A stretch of 63,820 nucleotides of DNA, counting the filler, from Platydemus manokwari (taxonomy: Eukaryota): the NCBI GenBank assembly GCA_037951405.1. It is 4 parts of 4 records of this genome, joined end to end, with 100 filler letters (N's around TTAATTAATTAA, not from the genome) between each part and the next. Parts side by side here need not be neighbours in the genome. Positions count along the whole stretch, not along the records: positions 1 to 11,578 come from JBBMOY010585550.1; positions 11,679 to 24,369 come from JBBMOY010011127.1; 2 more parts are not named here. One strand, given 5' to 3'. Shown piece by piece: positions 1-14,800 of this stretch. Numbering within the stretch: the stretch's first letter is position 1; each line of letters starts with the position of its first letter. A program made the translations under genes and the position numbers. The notes below the pieces were generated by a model that worked only from the letters and a program-made list of their open reading frames with translations, searched no databases and had not been told where the DNA came from.

Positions 1-388
1 ATCTTCAACGAATTCGGTTGTTTTCAAAGCATAGTTACATCGCAGTTGTTTTCGAAGCATAGTTACACAGCACCTTTAGAGTCAGGTGTTTAAAAGTATA
101 AGCTCATAAGTTGGGAAAAAATCAGAGATCAATAGTAAAACTTATCAACCCCAACAGTATCATTATAAAAGTATGCATATAATCGTTTCATTATTTTATT
201 AATATATTATCCGAATTACACGCAACCCGCTGTTCTGATTTGGATCAAATCATTGGTGGAATCTCCATTATTCTTATTTTAATTACATTTATCTAACCTA
301 CTGATGGTTCAACAGGTTATTACTAGTTTAATTATCTTTAAATAGTCACACCAAATACTAATTAGTATAGGCTAGTAGGATTCCATCA
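1..388 (+). mobile_element. 3' part of an LTR (same family as the 9663-10820 solo LTR), cut by the window start
   Basis: Ends ...caccaaatactaattagtataggctagtaggattccatCA, aligning with ...caccaaatactacttagtacaggatagtcggactccatCA at 10781-10820. Contains a 28-bp tandem repeat at 17-72. Confidence 0.65.
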
Positions 389-1440
389 ATGTGTCACTAT
401 ATGTAGGACCATACCGATGTTGTACACATTTCATTTGAATCAGTTCAGATCATTTTAAAAGATGTTCTTAGCCTCAGGCGAGCCAAATCGCATTTGGTTA
501 TTGCAATTGATTCCATAAATTTTCATCAAAAATTCAGTTCATATCGGTTCACAATCACTATATTTGCCTGATTTAATACTGTGTGGCTTCTAATTATTCG
601 ATATACTGAAAAAACCGCCACGGTACTCGATTAAAGAATAAAAAACCATATCACGTGAGGTACTAAAGACCATTCCAGAAATCGACCTCAACAACCGTTT
701 TTTTTTCATTTTATTATTTGATAATATTTGCTTGCCAGATACATTGAGAACCATTTTTGTAATAAATGAAATATTAAAGAATTAATTTCTTTCCGAACAT
801 TTTTAAAATTCTTATGAAGTTTTTGTTTATCAGACATTTAGAAATTCACACACCGTGTTATTTTCACGCATACGCCACACACATTTTGAAAATACATTTA
901 CTGGGTTTTCCCTTTATAACATACGAGAAAAAATAATAATCGAATTCCGAATTGACACAATCAATGAGTTGATATTTTTTTAAAATTATAATAGAAAAAT
1001 GAAAGAGCAGACTAAGAACATTAACCTGTTATGCAAATGGCCTTTTTAAATTGCCGCTTCGTACAAATATCAATTACTTTACTCAAATAATTAACTTAGT
1101 TACGTTAAGGTTATTTTTCGAATTTTTTTCTCATTTTTAGATACACTGAGAAGGTCAAAGTACTGTTTTTGTCAGTTTTTATTTGGATAAAAACACAATT
1201 GTAGTGATAATTTATATAATTCATTTAGTTGTGTGACCTAATTTATGGATATCGGCTTTTTGAATATAATTTTTCTCACAATTTTGATTTTATTATTTTA
1301 TAATTATTGATTATTCTTATTTCTAATCGTGTATCGATTATTTGTTATACTTTTATCACTACTTATATATCAACTATTATCGATCCGTCGGATAGTGGAG
1401 TAGAAAATTGTTCATTCGAAAACTTATTCGATATTGATGA

Positions 1441-1966
1441 TGTTGGGTAGATCTCAAATCAATCAAAAGGTTCACAAGAACCAAGGAAAGAATCCTAAAA
1501 AAGGTCAATACACACAGACCCGATAAACACACATGTCACCAGCCTATCAGATTCGTTCTAATATTATCTATTTTTACCTACCTACAAATTTTTACATACC
1601 TACAAATGGCAGCAGTCTCAAATATTCACCAATGGCACGAGAGATGCGAGGAAAATTTGAAGTAGATCGATCTACGAACAAATTCAGCAAATGGAAAACG
1701 AAAATTCGTGACATTAGGCGGACATACCCGAAAAGTCTATAAAAGAGGTAGAGTTCCATGAATAACTGCCAGTCTTTTAGGTCGGTAACTCGTGTGTTAA
1801 GCTTATATTTAGTAATCAGTCTTTTTGATTACTTTCCATTCTGTTTTTGACTTTCGAGCGTTTATCTCATATTGAGTGATTTACTATGTTAATGTTAAAA
1901 GATTATTATGGTAGTATTTTGGTTAATACATTTTCACATCTAAATTGTTGATTAATATACCCAACA
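1441..1966. mobile_element. Solo LTR (526 bp)
   Basis: Perfect 9-bp terminal inverted repeat TGTTGGGTA...TACCCAACA, flanked by a 4-bp target-site duplication ATGA (1437-1440 and 1967-1970). Confidence 0.8.
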
Positions 1967-4855
1967 ATGAGTATAAAGAACTGCGAAACCAGTCTATCGA
2001 TTTCGATCAGTAAACACACAACCTTAACAATGATATTAATAATCTCTTGAAATCTATGATCTGTTTATATCAAATACGATGGTTCTATGGATGTATTTAA
2101 CATAAGCGGATTAAGAAAAATCTGCGAACGACTTTATAAATCTAGTCAGTCTAGCAAATCAACATGTATCCAAAGATCACAGTATAATACAAAAATCAAT
2201 TAAAGTTGATAACTGATACCAATGCCATGTATCAAGTACAATTAGATTATTACATCCTATTACGAAAAACAATAAATGGTATAATGTTTCAATGTTTAAT
2301 TTCATCTAAATCTAATACGTACCGAAAATATATCCAAAAATGAGACATTTGGTCACAACAACTCATCAATTTATTCGATGTTTCGCTATCAGATGCGAAT
2401 GCATTCGCTAATTTGTTTGGATTGTTTAATTAACTTTTATAGGATTTAAAAATAGAAATAAAAACATTCGCTCATTATAAGCCTTGAAAACAAATTATGA
2501 AAACAAAGTAATCCTTGTATCGGATTAAAAAGCATTCTGACACATTGATAGTTACAATTTCTAAACAATTGTATGTCATTTGAGTTTCAAGAATCTAGCC
2601 TGTATAACTACTAACTCATAATGGCTTACACACTGCAAACTTGTTCATTCTTGAATGTAATATCTTTCGATGTGTTTTGGTTTTACAATTCACATAGGAT
2701 GTGTCTGAATTCATAGTTTTGACATGTATTGTCGTAGAGTTCAAATCAGGAAAATTTGTTGTTGTGTGAATGTAGTTTTGGACCAAATGTTGAAGTGGAA
2801 AATGAAAACAAATTTATTCCTTGTTTATATTTATTTGTATTAGTCTTTTTTAATACTGGATTAAGACAGTCGGGTAATTTATTCATCGTATCAGTATCGA
2901 GTAGGACTTCGAATTCACCAATCCAATACCACTTCACTCGTAAATTGAAATCCACACCCATTTTATTGAAATATCACTACTTAATCATTCGGGTATTTGG
3001 TGACTGTTGTTATTGTGTGTTGGTTTCTTATCTGTATATAAATAAATATCCACATTGGTAAAAAATATTCCTCAATACTTTCAATAACACTTATTCATCT
3101 CTACAATACGGTGGGATTTCCATGATTGTGTTAGAATATAAATGCAAATAACCATTTATATAACAAAATAAATATCAAAAAATAATAGAAAAAGGATTTT
3201 ATGAATAGATTAAAATATTATTTTTAAGAGTATTAGAATGTTTTGTCTTATAATATTTATTTAATAATAGTAAATTTCCAGTCACTTTTTACTACTGGTA
3301 TTGATAGTTAGTACCGGGAATAATATTCACAATGACTATTTGAATTTCATTCTACTTTTAATAGCATTAATGAGCTAGAAATCTTAAATTTTTGTTTTAA
3401 ATAAACATAAAGGGTGATAATTTCTTTGCTAAAGAATATCAAGTCAATTCAGATAATTTATTTCCTTGGTTTATTTAATCAAAATAGTTCTCCCAAATAT
3501 TCAACTCTGAACTTTTTAACAATATGAGTTACACAGTTAACGCGATGTTTCTTAATCAATACAAATGATTCTGGTAAATAGATATGATTCATACAACGAT
3601 AAATCATTATGGTTTGGTACATATTCAATATTGACCTTTTATGAATGTTTCTAGATGATAGTATATGTATTGTAATGTCGTCTACGTTAAACTCTAATGG
3701 ATATCATCATATTTAGTATCATATTTTTATTTCAGATTCACTTCACCAGATTTGTGAATAAAGTAATTTGACAATTACTCAAACCATAAATCTTCTTTGC
3801 GAGATATTTATGAATCTGTCATTGATTTCATAATAAACAATTTTCGGTAGAATATAGCAACTTTCTCGAAAAAAATATCCACTGAAATACATATTGAGGA
3901 AATGAAATCGAAAATCAAAAGTAAAATTTTACAAACATTTTGACGAAATCATCAACTAAAAAATGAAAATTCCAAGAACAACCTTAATAATGAAATTTAA
4001 TGATAGAATAAAAGATATCACATAAACTCTGGTAAAGGTCAGCCATTGTCATAATAAGCTAAACGAAAATCACCATTGATATCGAGAAGCACATAAAACA
4101 TTATTTCGATTAAGCCTCTGTATTGATTTGATAAGCACACATGTTAAATTTAGAAGCGAAATTAAAGCAAAAATATTGGCTAGAATCTTATAATTATTTT
4201 GACCATTAAGAACGGATTATATTTACATTGGAAACTGCTGAATTCTTCTTCAACATATTAATCACATAGCTGATTAATCTGTAATTATATTGAGTCATTT
4301 CCAAAAAATCATCCTCACTACTTAAATTTACATTTCCGTTATATTTTAGACTTGTTAGTCACAAATTTCAAGGTTTTCAAATACATAAGATCTTCACGAT
4401 AAAAAAAAAATAAAATCAAAATGAGAATATTAATACTGCCAGCTTGATTTTTAATGGGCTTCAGTTACTTCCAAAATAAAGGGCCCGAATGAAAAATATA
4501 TCAATAAACTGTGAATGAAAACGAACGAACATGCGCTGCTGTCGGATTTCCTTGTTTTAAATTCTGAAAATGATATTCAAATTATATTGCATAAGCACTT
4601 TATATGAATGCAATTTTTTCTCAAGAAACTCAACTAAAATTTTCTTATTGATCGACAGATTTTTAATAAGTAGGAGAAAAAAACCAATTATTGATTTTAA
4701 ATTGGTAATTATAACTGAAAATAGTGACAATCGTATGTGGCATATATAAGAAAAAACGAGAGAAATTAAGTGAAAATAGGTGTTTATTTAAAATTCCAGA
4801 AATAAAGAATATCATTTCATTGGATGATATGGCTAATGTGTGCCCCCCATCCATA

Positions 4856-7800
4856 TTACGAGGTATACAATTCATTTATGATGGCCGAATATTTGTCTGT
4901 AATCACATTTCGTTTCATCTTCATCGTTGGTCCTAAACAGATCAAGCACAAAATTAAGAACCAATCAAATCTTGAACGGAATATCTTTTACCGAGTTCTC
5001 CACCACCGAGAGAAAAATCTGTCGGAAGGAAAGCCCATTTCTGAACATAAGCTGCTCTTGACACCGATGTTTTGTTCACTTGATTAATGGTGCTGTCGAT
5101 ATGCTTTTTGAGAATCGGGTCGACTTTATCGTATATTTGATGAGCATGTGATGCATCAATACCAAGTTCGTTGAGACTTCTTACAGCAGCTGGTGTTAAA
5201 ACGTCTGTTGGGATTTGAGTATCAAGGTTCATAGTAGTCTGCAATTCATTAAGAATTGATCTCATTAAGCAAACAATCAAAATATACTTTTAAACACAAT
5301 AAACACGATATAAATTTTTGTTTATCACCAACCAACATGACATTACTGACAAATGCAAGTTTTTCTTTAATTTTTTCTTCAATTGGAACAGGGGCAACAT
5401 TTTCTCCTCCGGCTGTTATTAAAAGTTCTGAACGATATCGATAATAAATAAAGTGGTTTCATTTCAGAGTTGTCTGAATTCAAACCTTTAATTCGACCGG
5501 TAATCACGAGGAATTCACCATCCTCCATTTTTCCTAGATCACCAGAATGGAGCCATCCCTCGGAATCAAGTGTTTCTCTGGTTTTTTCTTCAGCATTAAA
5601 GTATCCCAGAAACACATTTCGACCACGCATGCAAATTTCTCCAATATTATTTTCATCGGGATCTGCTATCTTCAGTTCTGTACCTTTCATTAATGTGCCA
5701 GCAGAACCCAATCTCAGCTAAAATTTATAATGGTTTTAGACATTCATTTGTATGGAATATTTTACAATTAGTGTTGTTATAATATACAAATATTTATTGA
5801 TAAAACACAGTTTTTATAATACAAGTCAGACAGTCTCCGACACCATCACCACATAGTGGCAGGGCAAAATATAACATAAAAAAATAACATCAAATAATTT
5901 GCTTTTAATTAGCTACGCTCACCCAACACGGTTGCTGACAAATCACTTGCTACATGCCAGCAACGATTCTGATACTGTCTATTAATTTAAGACAAGATCC
6001 ATTGATCCATTAAAATTTTCATTTCAATCTGGAAAGATGTAAGATTTCTATTCTCGATTCAATAGTTTTCTGAATCAACACACGATCGATGAATGGAAAA
6101 TTATAAATTCAACCATTAATACTGCTCTCGAAAATATTAAATTTAATATCATTTTCATATGATCATTGAAAATCTATCGAAGAAGCATAAATTTCTAAAC
6201 AGTGATAATATTTCATACATCAATGACAATCGATAGAAAAAAATAAATGTTTTGATTGAGAAAAATTTTGACTGAAAACAATGAATAGAGAAAAGAATTA
6301 CAACAACCGTTTGTGTGTTTAGTGCCAATGTCAACTAAGTACGATCGTGAAAGCCAAAATCAATCTAATTGTATTGAATATGCGATGAGAAATAATAATC
6401 AATATGATTCTGGTTTGAGAAATAAACTAATAAATTGAATTGATAACATATTGTTGATGAGATTGCATTGAATTTTTATTGAAAACAATTAGTTACCATA
6501 ACGACAGTTATAAGTCATAATATTAATTATTATTAGTTAATATTTTATCTATAAAAAAAATTTCTGCTGACAATTACCTTATCGGGTACGCCTATAGTGT
6601 GCGGTCCAGTACATTCCGACATGCCATAGATCTGAGAAATTTGGATGTCCAAGCTAAGAAAATAATCCGATGTTTGTTTACTAAGTGGTGCTGCAGCTGA
6701 CGCTAGATATCGAACACGATCAAGACCCAAAGCTTGTTTCACTTTAGAAAATACCAAGCAATTGGCCAATTTATAAGACAAACCAAGCGGTTTCTTATTC
6801 AACTTGTCCATACTGCTTCTGTAACCAACACGTTTTGCCCACATCGCAATTTGTCGTTTTAACCAATTAGCTTTGGCTCCGATTTCCTGCATTTGTTCCT
6901 GGATTTTTTCAAACACTCGAGGAACACCGATAAATATTGTCGGTCTGACCTAAACGGAATGAGATATTTGTTATATTAATTAGATAATGTTCCCATTATG
7001 ATAGCTATATTCGAATGAGCCAATACCTGATAATAAAAATATCTATTCGGTTATAAATTCATAACTATTATGTTAATTGTTTAAAAATCGTTATATCTCT
7101 TTCTTAATCTCAGAAGAACTCTTTTAAGGATTGAAAACTAACAGCGTTATCTTAATAATTTACCTCAGCTACACAATCATCTCCACCTAAAATCAAGATC
7201 TTTTTAAAATTTTCAGATCGTCCCAGCTAGAGCTAGATTAGCTATAATTTCGATTAGCCAATCTATTATTGGTAAAAGGTATTAGCTATAAAATTTTATA
7301 TTTTTAGGTTATCATAAAACTCGGTCATTTTTCCACGATTATAAAGAGTATTTTTATTTTCGTCTTCAAATATAATCATTTGTGGCTTTATATTGATATT
7401 TATGACCTCATATACTAAAAAACCTTTGTCAAATGATAATGGAATAAACATCAATTCAAGTTTCAAACCATTGACCTACAAACTTTCTAAATTCAATACG
7501 ATGATATCCATCAATACGCGCATCACAATAACAACCTCTTAACCTTCAATGTCAATTATAATAGTTATTGAAATTTTAATTATCTGCTATCATAGGAGTA
7601 AGATAATAAATTTTGTAAATCGAACTTTTTTTTATAAAATTATCAAACCATAAATGAATGATTCGAGCTCAGTAATCCAGTTTAAGTATTCAGCAAACCA
7701 TTGATAAGCTGATAGTAAGAACAGTTATTCGGAAATCAATATTATTTCTCAATCCCGATACATTTACAAGATGGTTAGAGATTGAGAATGGTTAATATTT

Positions 7801-9256
7801 TAGGTTGCCATCACAAAACAATAACAATTGAACCAGATCATATCCATAATCAAATAATGATTATCATATTACCACCCCAAATGACATCATTATGATTATG
7901 TGACACACCATATCTTTATTGGGACTTCAATATTGACATATTTCAGTTATATCATACATGTTAATCCTTTATTTGTGTAATCATAAAGATTCACTCTAAA
8001 TTGTATGACATTTCATTATACTAAGTCAACAAACTGACAAATCATTCTCCTTCACAAAGAAAACAGTGATGACTGGTCCAATGATAATGACATATGTATT
8101 TCAATAAATCGATGATTTGTAATCGGTTATGAATTATTATTGAGATAATCTATGTCAGTGGATTTCAACCGTTTTACTGGAGAGGAAACCACGGCAACAT
8201 TTCTCTGGCTCGAGAAACCCCTGTGCAATAATGTAGCGAATTTAATTATGTTAAATTTAGTATATTGAAACAATAACTAATAATAATAATAATAATATTA
8301 ATAATAATAATGATAATAATAATAATAATGAAATAATAATAATAATAATAAAATAGATTTTCGAAATTGAATTTAATATGTTGTTTATTTCTTCGTTGTT
8401 CTAATTTAGAAATTTAAAAATTGCGGAATCCCTGGAGCGTATTGGGGGAACCCTAAGATTCCGCGGAATACTGGTTGAAAACCACTGATCTATTAAAACA
8501 ATTCTTACTTCTAACAAAGTTTTCCCCAAAGACCCTTTCAAAGCATCGGGTTGAGCAAAATAAACTGTAGAGCCAATTGCAACAGTTGAGATGATATCAA
8601 CTAAATTTGCAGCGACATGACTCAACGGTAGATATGATATCAAGGAATGTTGGAAAGACTTGATCCCGACATGTTCCATTGCCATTTTCGCTGTGAAAAT
8701 AGCCTATATGAAATATTCATCATTAAACACTCCACCAATCAATTTATAACGCACATTGTCATGGGATAATACCACACCTTTTGGTAACCCAGTAGTACCA
8801 CTAGTATAAATGAGTATGGCGCAATCATCAGGTTTAATATTCGCCAAACGTATTTCCATTTCTCCATGAGCATTATCAGATTCCATATTCATAAATTCCG
8901 ACCACTAATCAATACTCATTATCATTCACCTTTTTCCCAAAATTATTTACCGTCAAAATTGGAATGTTGCATTTATTCTTCACTTCATCAGTAACAGTTC
9001 CAGTATATTTCACTATGGCTTTCAACTGAGGAATGTCTGGCAAGATAGAGATAATTTTGGCGAGTTGTTCATCACTGTCAACGACAGCCATTTGACAATT
9101 ACAATCGTTTATGATGAATTTACAAATATCTGCATTATTCGTGGCGTATATTCCACAAGTAATTGCTCCAGCAAAAATCGCTCCAAGCTCACTAATAAAC
9201 CATGCAGGATGATTGAATCCAATCATACCGATAGAAGCTTTAACATCAAGACCCAA
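4856..9256 (-). CDS. ACSBG: Long-chain fatty acyl-CoA synthetase, bubblegum (ACSBG) family; 5' exons missing
   Basis: Exons 9256-8951, 8904-8755, 8703-8509, 6949-6578, 5717-5486, 5427-5288, 5238-4992, 4932-4856 (TAA), all GT-AG and in phase. Motifs [65 protein letters not shown] and [17 protein letters not shown] are typical of ACSBG. Confidence 0.93.
8156..8487. mobile_element. hAT-family (Buster/Charlie-like) non-autonomous element in an ACSBG intron
   Basis: TIRs CAGTGGATTTCAACC / GGTTGAAAACCACTG (14 of 15 match). Imperfect 8-bp TSD atcTAtgt / atcTAtta with the central TA typical of Buster. Internal (AAT)n tract. Confidence 0.75.
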
Positions 9257-9662
9257 CTGAAATAAATCATTGTGTTATTAGATTGGAATGAAGATGAAAT
9301 TCTGACCTCATTAAAACAAATAAAATAAAACCAATAGAATTATGTGATAAGAAACACGTTAAAATTATTTTACTTAATGAATATAATCGTTGGAAAAATA
9401 TAAACTATAAACTTATGGCACAGAGGACAGAGAATTTTATCAAATGGGCAAGTATGTCTCTAATTTAATTATCGAGTTCATATAGAAACTAAATACCACT
9501 AAGGTAATAGACGTTCAGGGAATATTTAACGAATCGCATATTAGTAAGATTAAATCACAGGTTTCTAATCAATAAATTATTCTCACCTCGACTTCACAAG
9601 TGGGATAGAGCAATCGAAGTAAAGAAATATCAAAATCATAAGACTCATTTTTGTTGGAGGGT

Positions 9663-10820
9663 TGTTGGGTATAATACAATATATGCATATAAGTGAAAAT
9701 ATAAAAAAATACAAAATGCATTCATTAAAATGTGATAATATGCAGTTCACATATACTGCCCACATATCCCATCATACACATGAAATTTTCATAATTTTTA
9801 CCTAAATCACATCACCATGGTGAATTAATGCGTTACCAGGGCAACGTCATTGAGGGTATTAGGTCACCATGATAAATATTAAACATTAAAAGAATTGTCA
9901 TGATAACGGCAAAAAAATTATAATTAACTCCCACACACGCCCACGGAGTAAAGTTATATATATATATACGAAGCCGAATAATGGGAACGACCCACAAAAC
10001 CCCTAACAAATTGTAACAAACTAGCAATTTGCTTCAACCCATTAGCCAACAGAAATTATTAGTTAACTCAGAATTAGGAATTGGTTCTCCGAAATCGCGC
10101 TTATTCAGCTATTACCGATATTCTCCTCAGAAAGACATTGGAAATTGATATAAGAAGTTGGGCAGAAGAAGTGGAACCATTCTCGACCGTGATTCAATTT
10201 GGAAAACAGAAATCATCATCGATACTGCTCGGAACTATCTTCGAAAGGTTCAGGAGGAACATTATCGAATTATCAACGATATATGATGCACGCGGTAAAT
10301 TTACTTATTGTTCATTAGTACTAGAGTATAAAGTCGCAAGAATTTGTACTCGGTGCCCACACATAAATTTAATCGTATTCTCATTAACACTGAGAAATAA
10401 AGGCGAAAGCACTTGTATTACATTGTCGATATTCTGCAAAGCCGCAAGAATTTGTAGTAATTAAAATCAAAGTAATAAGATCAAATCTTCTTTAGTTTTT
10501 CGTCCGAAGTAAGGCGGCACTTAGTTCTTTAAGTCAGTTTGTTTCAAAACTCTTCAGGGCATAACACTTCCTTATGTTAATTATGTCGCATCAGACATTT
10601 GTTAATTTTTATTATAATAAACGAATTCATATAATGGTTTCATTATTCTATTATCTTATCATTATTGATTAAAGTCGGATTATTGGTGGAATCATCATTA
10701 TTCTGATTATAATCATCATTTCAAGTATACACAGGTAATTCGCCGAGTATGTACTAGCTGAATTACCTCATATAAGTAATCACCAAATACTACTTAGTAC
10801 AGGATAGTCGGACTCCATCA
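9663..10820 (+). mobile_element. Solo LTR (1158 bp)
   Basis: TG...CA ends (TGTTGG/CCATCA) with a 4-bp TSD GGGT (9659-9662 and 10821-10824). Shares blocks with the LTRs at 1-388, 22205-23158 and 34386-35284. Confidence 0.78.
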
Positions 10821-11578
10821 GGGTCATGAGAACTCTGGAGATCAATATATGTCGGTGACAGTGTATAATAAATCATGTATAATAAAAACCAACGATAGAC
10901 CCCAAATAACGAATTGATTATTTCTTCTCTACACTTATAGATTGTTTTCTATCACTTATTCCTTGGGCAAAACAAATCAATTATTCGAATTTGAAAACAA
11001 AAACAAAATCATCATATAAAGAAGGTTATCAAGATGATAATTTATAAGATTTGTTACAACGAAATTGAGATTGTCAATCAAAGACTTGATGTCGCGTAGG
11101 TGATAAAAAAGGAATTAATCAAATTCAGATGAGGAAATGACTTTCAAACAAATATTATATCAAATGTAACAGATTTGATTTTATTCAAACATATTTTCTA
11201 ATTTCTTTATTAATATATGTAAGGAATTATGAAAAGAATAATAATAATCAGTAAATAATAATAAAGGCAAACATGATCCAAGCGAATTCGGAAACAAACA
11301 AATATCACTCTTACTTGGCAATGTTCATTTCTATTGTACTTTAATATCTATTAATTTTTTGATTTTATATTTTATTTTTATTAGAATGGTCAGGGTTAAC
11401 AGGTAGAAATTTTTTCAATATCAATAGGAAGTTCAATAAAGCAAGGATTTCATAAAGCTTTATGCCTATAATTCTCGCATCGATAATTATTAAAAATATT
11501 ATTATTAAATTAGATATCATCATATTTATTATTAAAAACTTAATATATTAATAATAATAATAATAATGATAACAATAA

Positions 11579-11678
11579 NNNNNNNNNNNNNNNNNNNNNN
11601 NNNNNNNNNNNNNNNNNNNNNNTTAATTAATTAANNNNNNNNNNNNNNNNNNNNNNNNNNNNNNNNNNNNNNNNNNNN
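11579..11678. other. Assembly gap spacer N44-TTAATTAATTAA-N44
   Basis: Identical 100-nt construct occurs three times; the 12-mer puts stops in all six frames. Artificial. Confidence 0.97.
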
Positions 11679-11802
11679 TTATAAAATTATGAATTATATT
11701 ATATATTTGTTATTAATTGTTTTTAAAAAATAATAATGAAATATTTTTGATTATCTATATTTAATTTTTTAATAATTAATTTATTATAATCCTTACACTC
11801 AC

Positions 11803-14800
11803 CTTTATTAATTTTAAAAAAGAATTTTGGATGAATATCATTTGATTTCAAATATCTTCGAACTTCTAACCTCTGAAATGAAAATAAATACAACATTTTA
11901 ACTTTATCGGCTGTAATTTTCGAAATTTTATATTTGAAAATTAATTTTTTTAAATTAAATAACTGTAATGATTGGATTTACAGTTGATAGTCAGTAAAAC
12001 ACAACAAAACAGAAACATGGTATTGAAATAGATACCAATTTTTACCCGAAAGAAAAACGACAAGGACGATTGTACTTCGGTTAATATAAAACAACTTTGG
12101 GCTCATTAGCACAAATCATTGTAGGTTAATCTGACATTAGCTAGCAAATACGGGAAGAATTTATAATAATTCATCAGAAAGGCAACCATAAATTGATATT
12201 TTTATTTGGCGCTGGATATGATCGTAATCGATATTGTTTTGTATTCGAGAAACAACCAGCTATTTGAAAATTTTCCATCTCAGTAAAAACAAAGTAAATT
12301 TATTGTTTCCATTGCTGTTTGTAAGTTGCTCTGAGATGGGAATAATTAAAACCTATATATATCATTTATTTCTTGTATCTTTCCTGAGTACAGTTAAATT
12401 GTCATAGCTCCAATATGTGTTGCTTGAAAACAGAAACTCCCACCACTGGTTATAGTTTTATTTAAATTTCTAAGATTTTTTGAAATCGACTTTCGTAATA
12501 AATTTTAAATCCAACCTGTTTATACCCTCCTCAGGACTCATCATTTTCTCCATCGCATTTTAATAATTTCAAAATACTACTTATAATATTTTTTGCATTG
12601 TTTGTTTATCACAGTAACAATTTTTGCACGATATCAGCTCATGTCTGATTACAATATATTTCTCAGGGTAAAAATATCGATGTTTATTGGATTTGTTTAT
12701 TATTAAGTGCCGAATTCATCCAAAGAACTACAATTTGACGAACACCATACAAAATTTGCCCATTATCAAACATAATTAGTCTCTTTATCGGTAGTAAATC
12801 CCAATTTTTATATATAAAGAAATATTATATTTGTTTATTAATTATTTTGCTTCTATATTCGAGTAACTCTCCTTGTATCCCTTTTCAAATATAAACCTAA
12901 GAATGTTGCAAAATAAATGAATGTGTGCAGTTATTAATTTATCAATTCTAAATTATACTATATAATTTTTATGAAGATTGGGCTGAATTATTTTGGTCAG
13001 TTAATAATAAAATTGCCTCTATTTATAAACCAATCAATGCTCGACATTTTTATCAAAAAGAAAACACCAAATGACTATCGAAAAATATTTAAAACAAATT
13101 AGTCAAATACCAGTAACCTGCGTTCTATGTTGTTAATGGATTTGTATGAATATTTTATAATAATTATCATATTTTCTGACGCCAACAAAGCTGATTAAAT
13201 AACGATCTGATGAAAATGAGACCAAACAAATAAATAAACGATATCTGTAATATAAATGGAGAATTGAATTTAATTCTACTTTATCCAATTTGATTTTATA
13301 TATCAGTCTATTTTAAAAAATTACTTTTGGACTCTTTTTTTCTTGATTTAATTACAATTCTGAAAATTTCAATTTCATAATAATAAAGAATTTTATTAAC
13401 ATAACAAAATTTACTAAACTATTACCTGATAACTACAGCCTTGGTTGTATAAAACTTATTTTTATTTTTTTTCCAATTTATATTAAAGTTGATGGACTCG
13501 AGTGAAAAAAATAATAAAGTGGCACCTCTAATACTTTGGTTTGCTTGGAAGGTCAGTAGGATTTTTTATGAATACCATTCGTAAGGTCTTTTCCAAAAAC
13601 TTTAATACCCAAAGACTTGGGATTGTTATTTCAAAACAAAGAATTCAATGACTTTTCTTAATGAATTTTATAAATGACTTCAAAATATTTGATTAACTTA
13701 TAAAAATTAACGAATTGTCAAAAAAGTTTTAACGAAAAAGATTTAACAAATTTCAAAAGTTTTTAAAATATTGTAATAAATATTATTACAGCAAAAAATA
13801 GATAAAAATCTAATAACCTTCCAGGAATATTCGATAATACATCTTCCTTGATTAACAAACTCTATGTTCTGAAGTTCAGGTAGTCTTTGATTTGTAGCAG
13901 GAAAAAAAATGTGAAAACATTTCGGCTTTTGAATTATCTCGGATTCATCTTTTTGGTTTGGATAAGACGAAAGCAAATGCCCATTGATTTCCAAATGCAG
14001 GCCTTGAGATAAAGGTTCAATGACATCATTGGAGGCCGATTGAATAAATGTCGAATATTCTTTAGAATTATTCTGGTTGATTTCATCTCCCAAAACGATT
14101 ATTTCAGATAGTGATGGAATCGAATAAAAAAAATCGTTGAGAAACTTTTCGAATTGTTTATTTTTTATGATTTTATTTTTGTCTCTTATTCTCTCAAAAC
14201 AAATTTTATCCGAACTCGATTCATCTTAGTAGAAAATTTCAATAAACTATGCTAATAACATCATTTATACCAATTTCATCAACAATTTTTTGACTGTAGC
14301 CAATTTTTGTGATATCAAGGGGGATTTTATCCTCCCACTTAGGTCGTTGAATTCGAAGATTTTCTTTGGTTACTTCTTGCTGAGGCCAGATTGACCTATT
14401 GATTGGTGCTTTTTCAAAGAAGATTCAGAAGTAATTAAGTCATTATAAATTACCACCAGTTCCATTTTGAAAATATGGTTGAACTTTTCGTAGTAAATCA
14501 TCTTGATATTTTAATTCAAAAATGTTTTGTGACGAATAATTCATCAACAACAATTCTTGATTGATTTTTAATTTTTCTAATATTTAATATTTAAGAAATT
14601 TTCCTCTAAAAAAATACCAACTTGATAATATTGTTTTTAATCTTCTTCTCTCCTCCATCCTTATTTTCCAGTTTTTTAAAGCTTTGAAGGAATAATCTGA
14701 TATCAAATTGACTTTCTTGTTCACAATCACAGATTTAGATTCTTGACTTTCAGGAATCGATATTTCCTAAATATAAATGATGCAAATTTATTTTTGAAGA

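Noticed and set aside
2050-3330. Possible integrase/env remnant on the minus strand
   Set aside because: Too decayed to support with any specific motif.
11623-11634. Palindromic TTAATTAATTAA occurring three times
   Set aside because: Always centred in N44/N44; a scaffolding linker, not biology.
11803-11872. Exon as the missing 5' part of ACSBG
   Set aside because: It is 70 nt (ends in phase 1, whereas the ACSBG acceptor needs phase 0) and its sequence fits the MYCBPAP block following YSWK.
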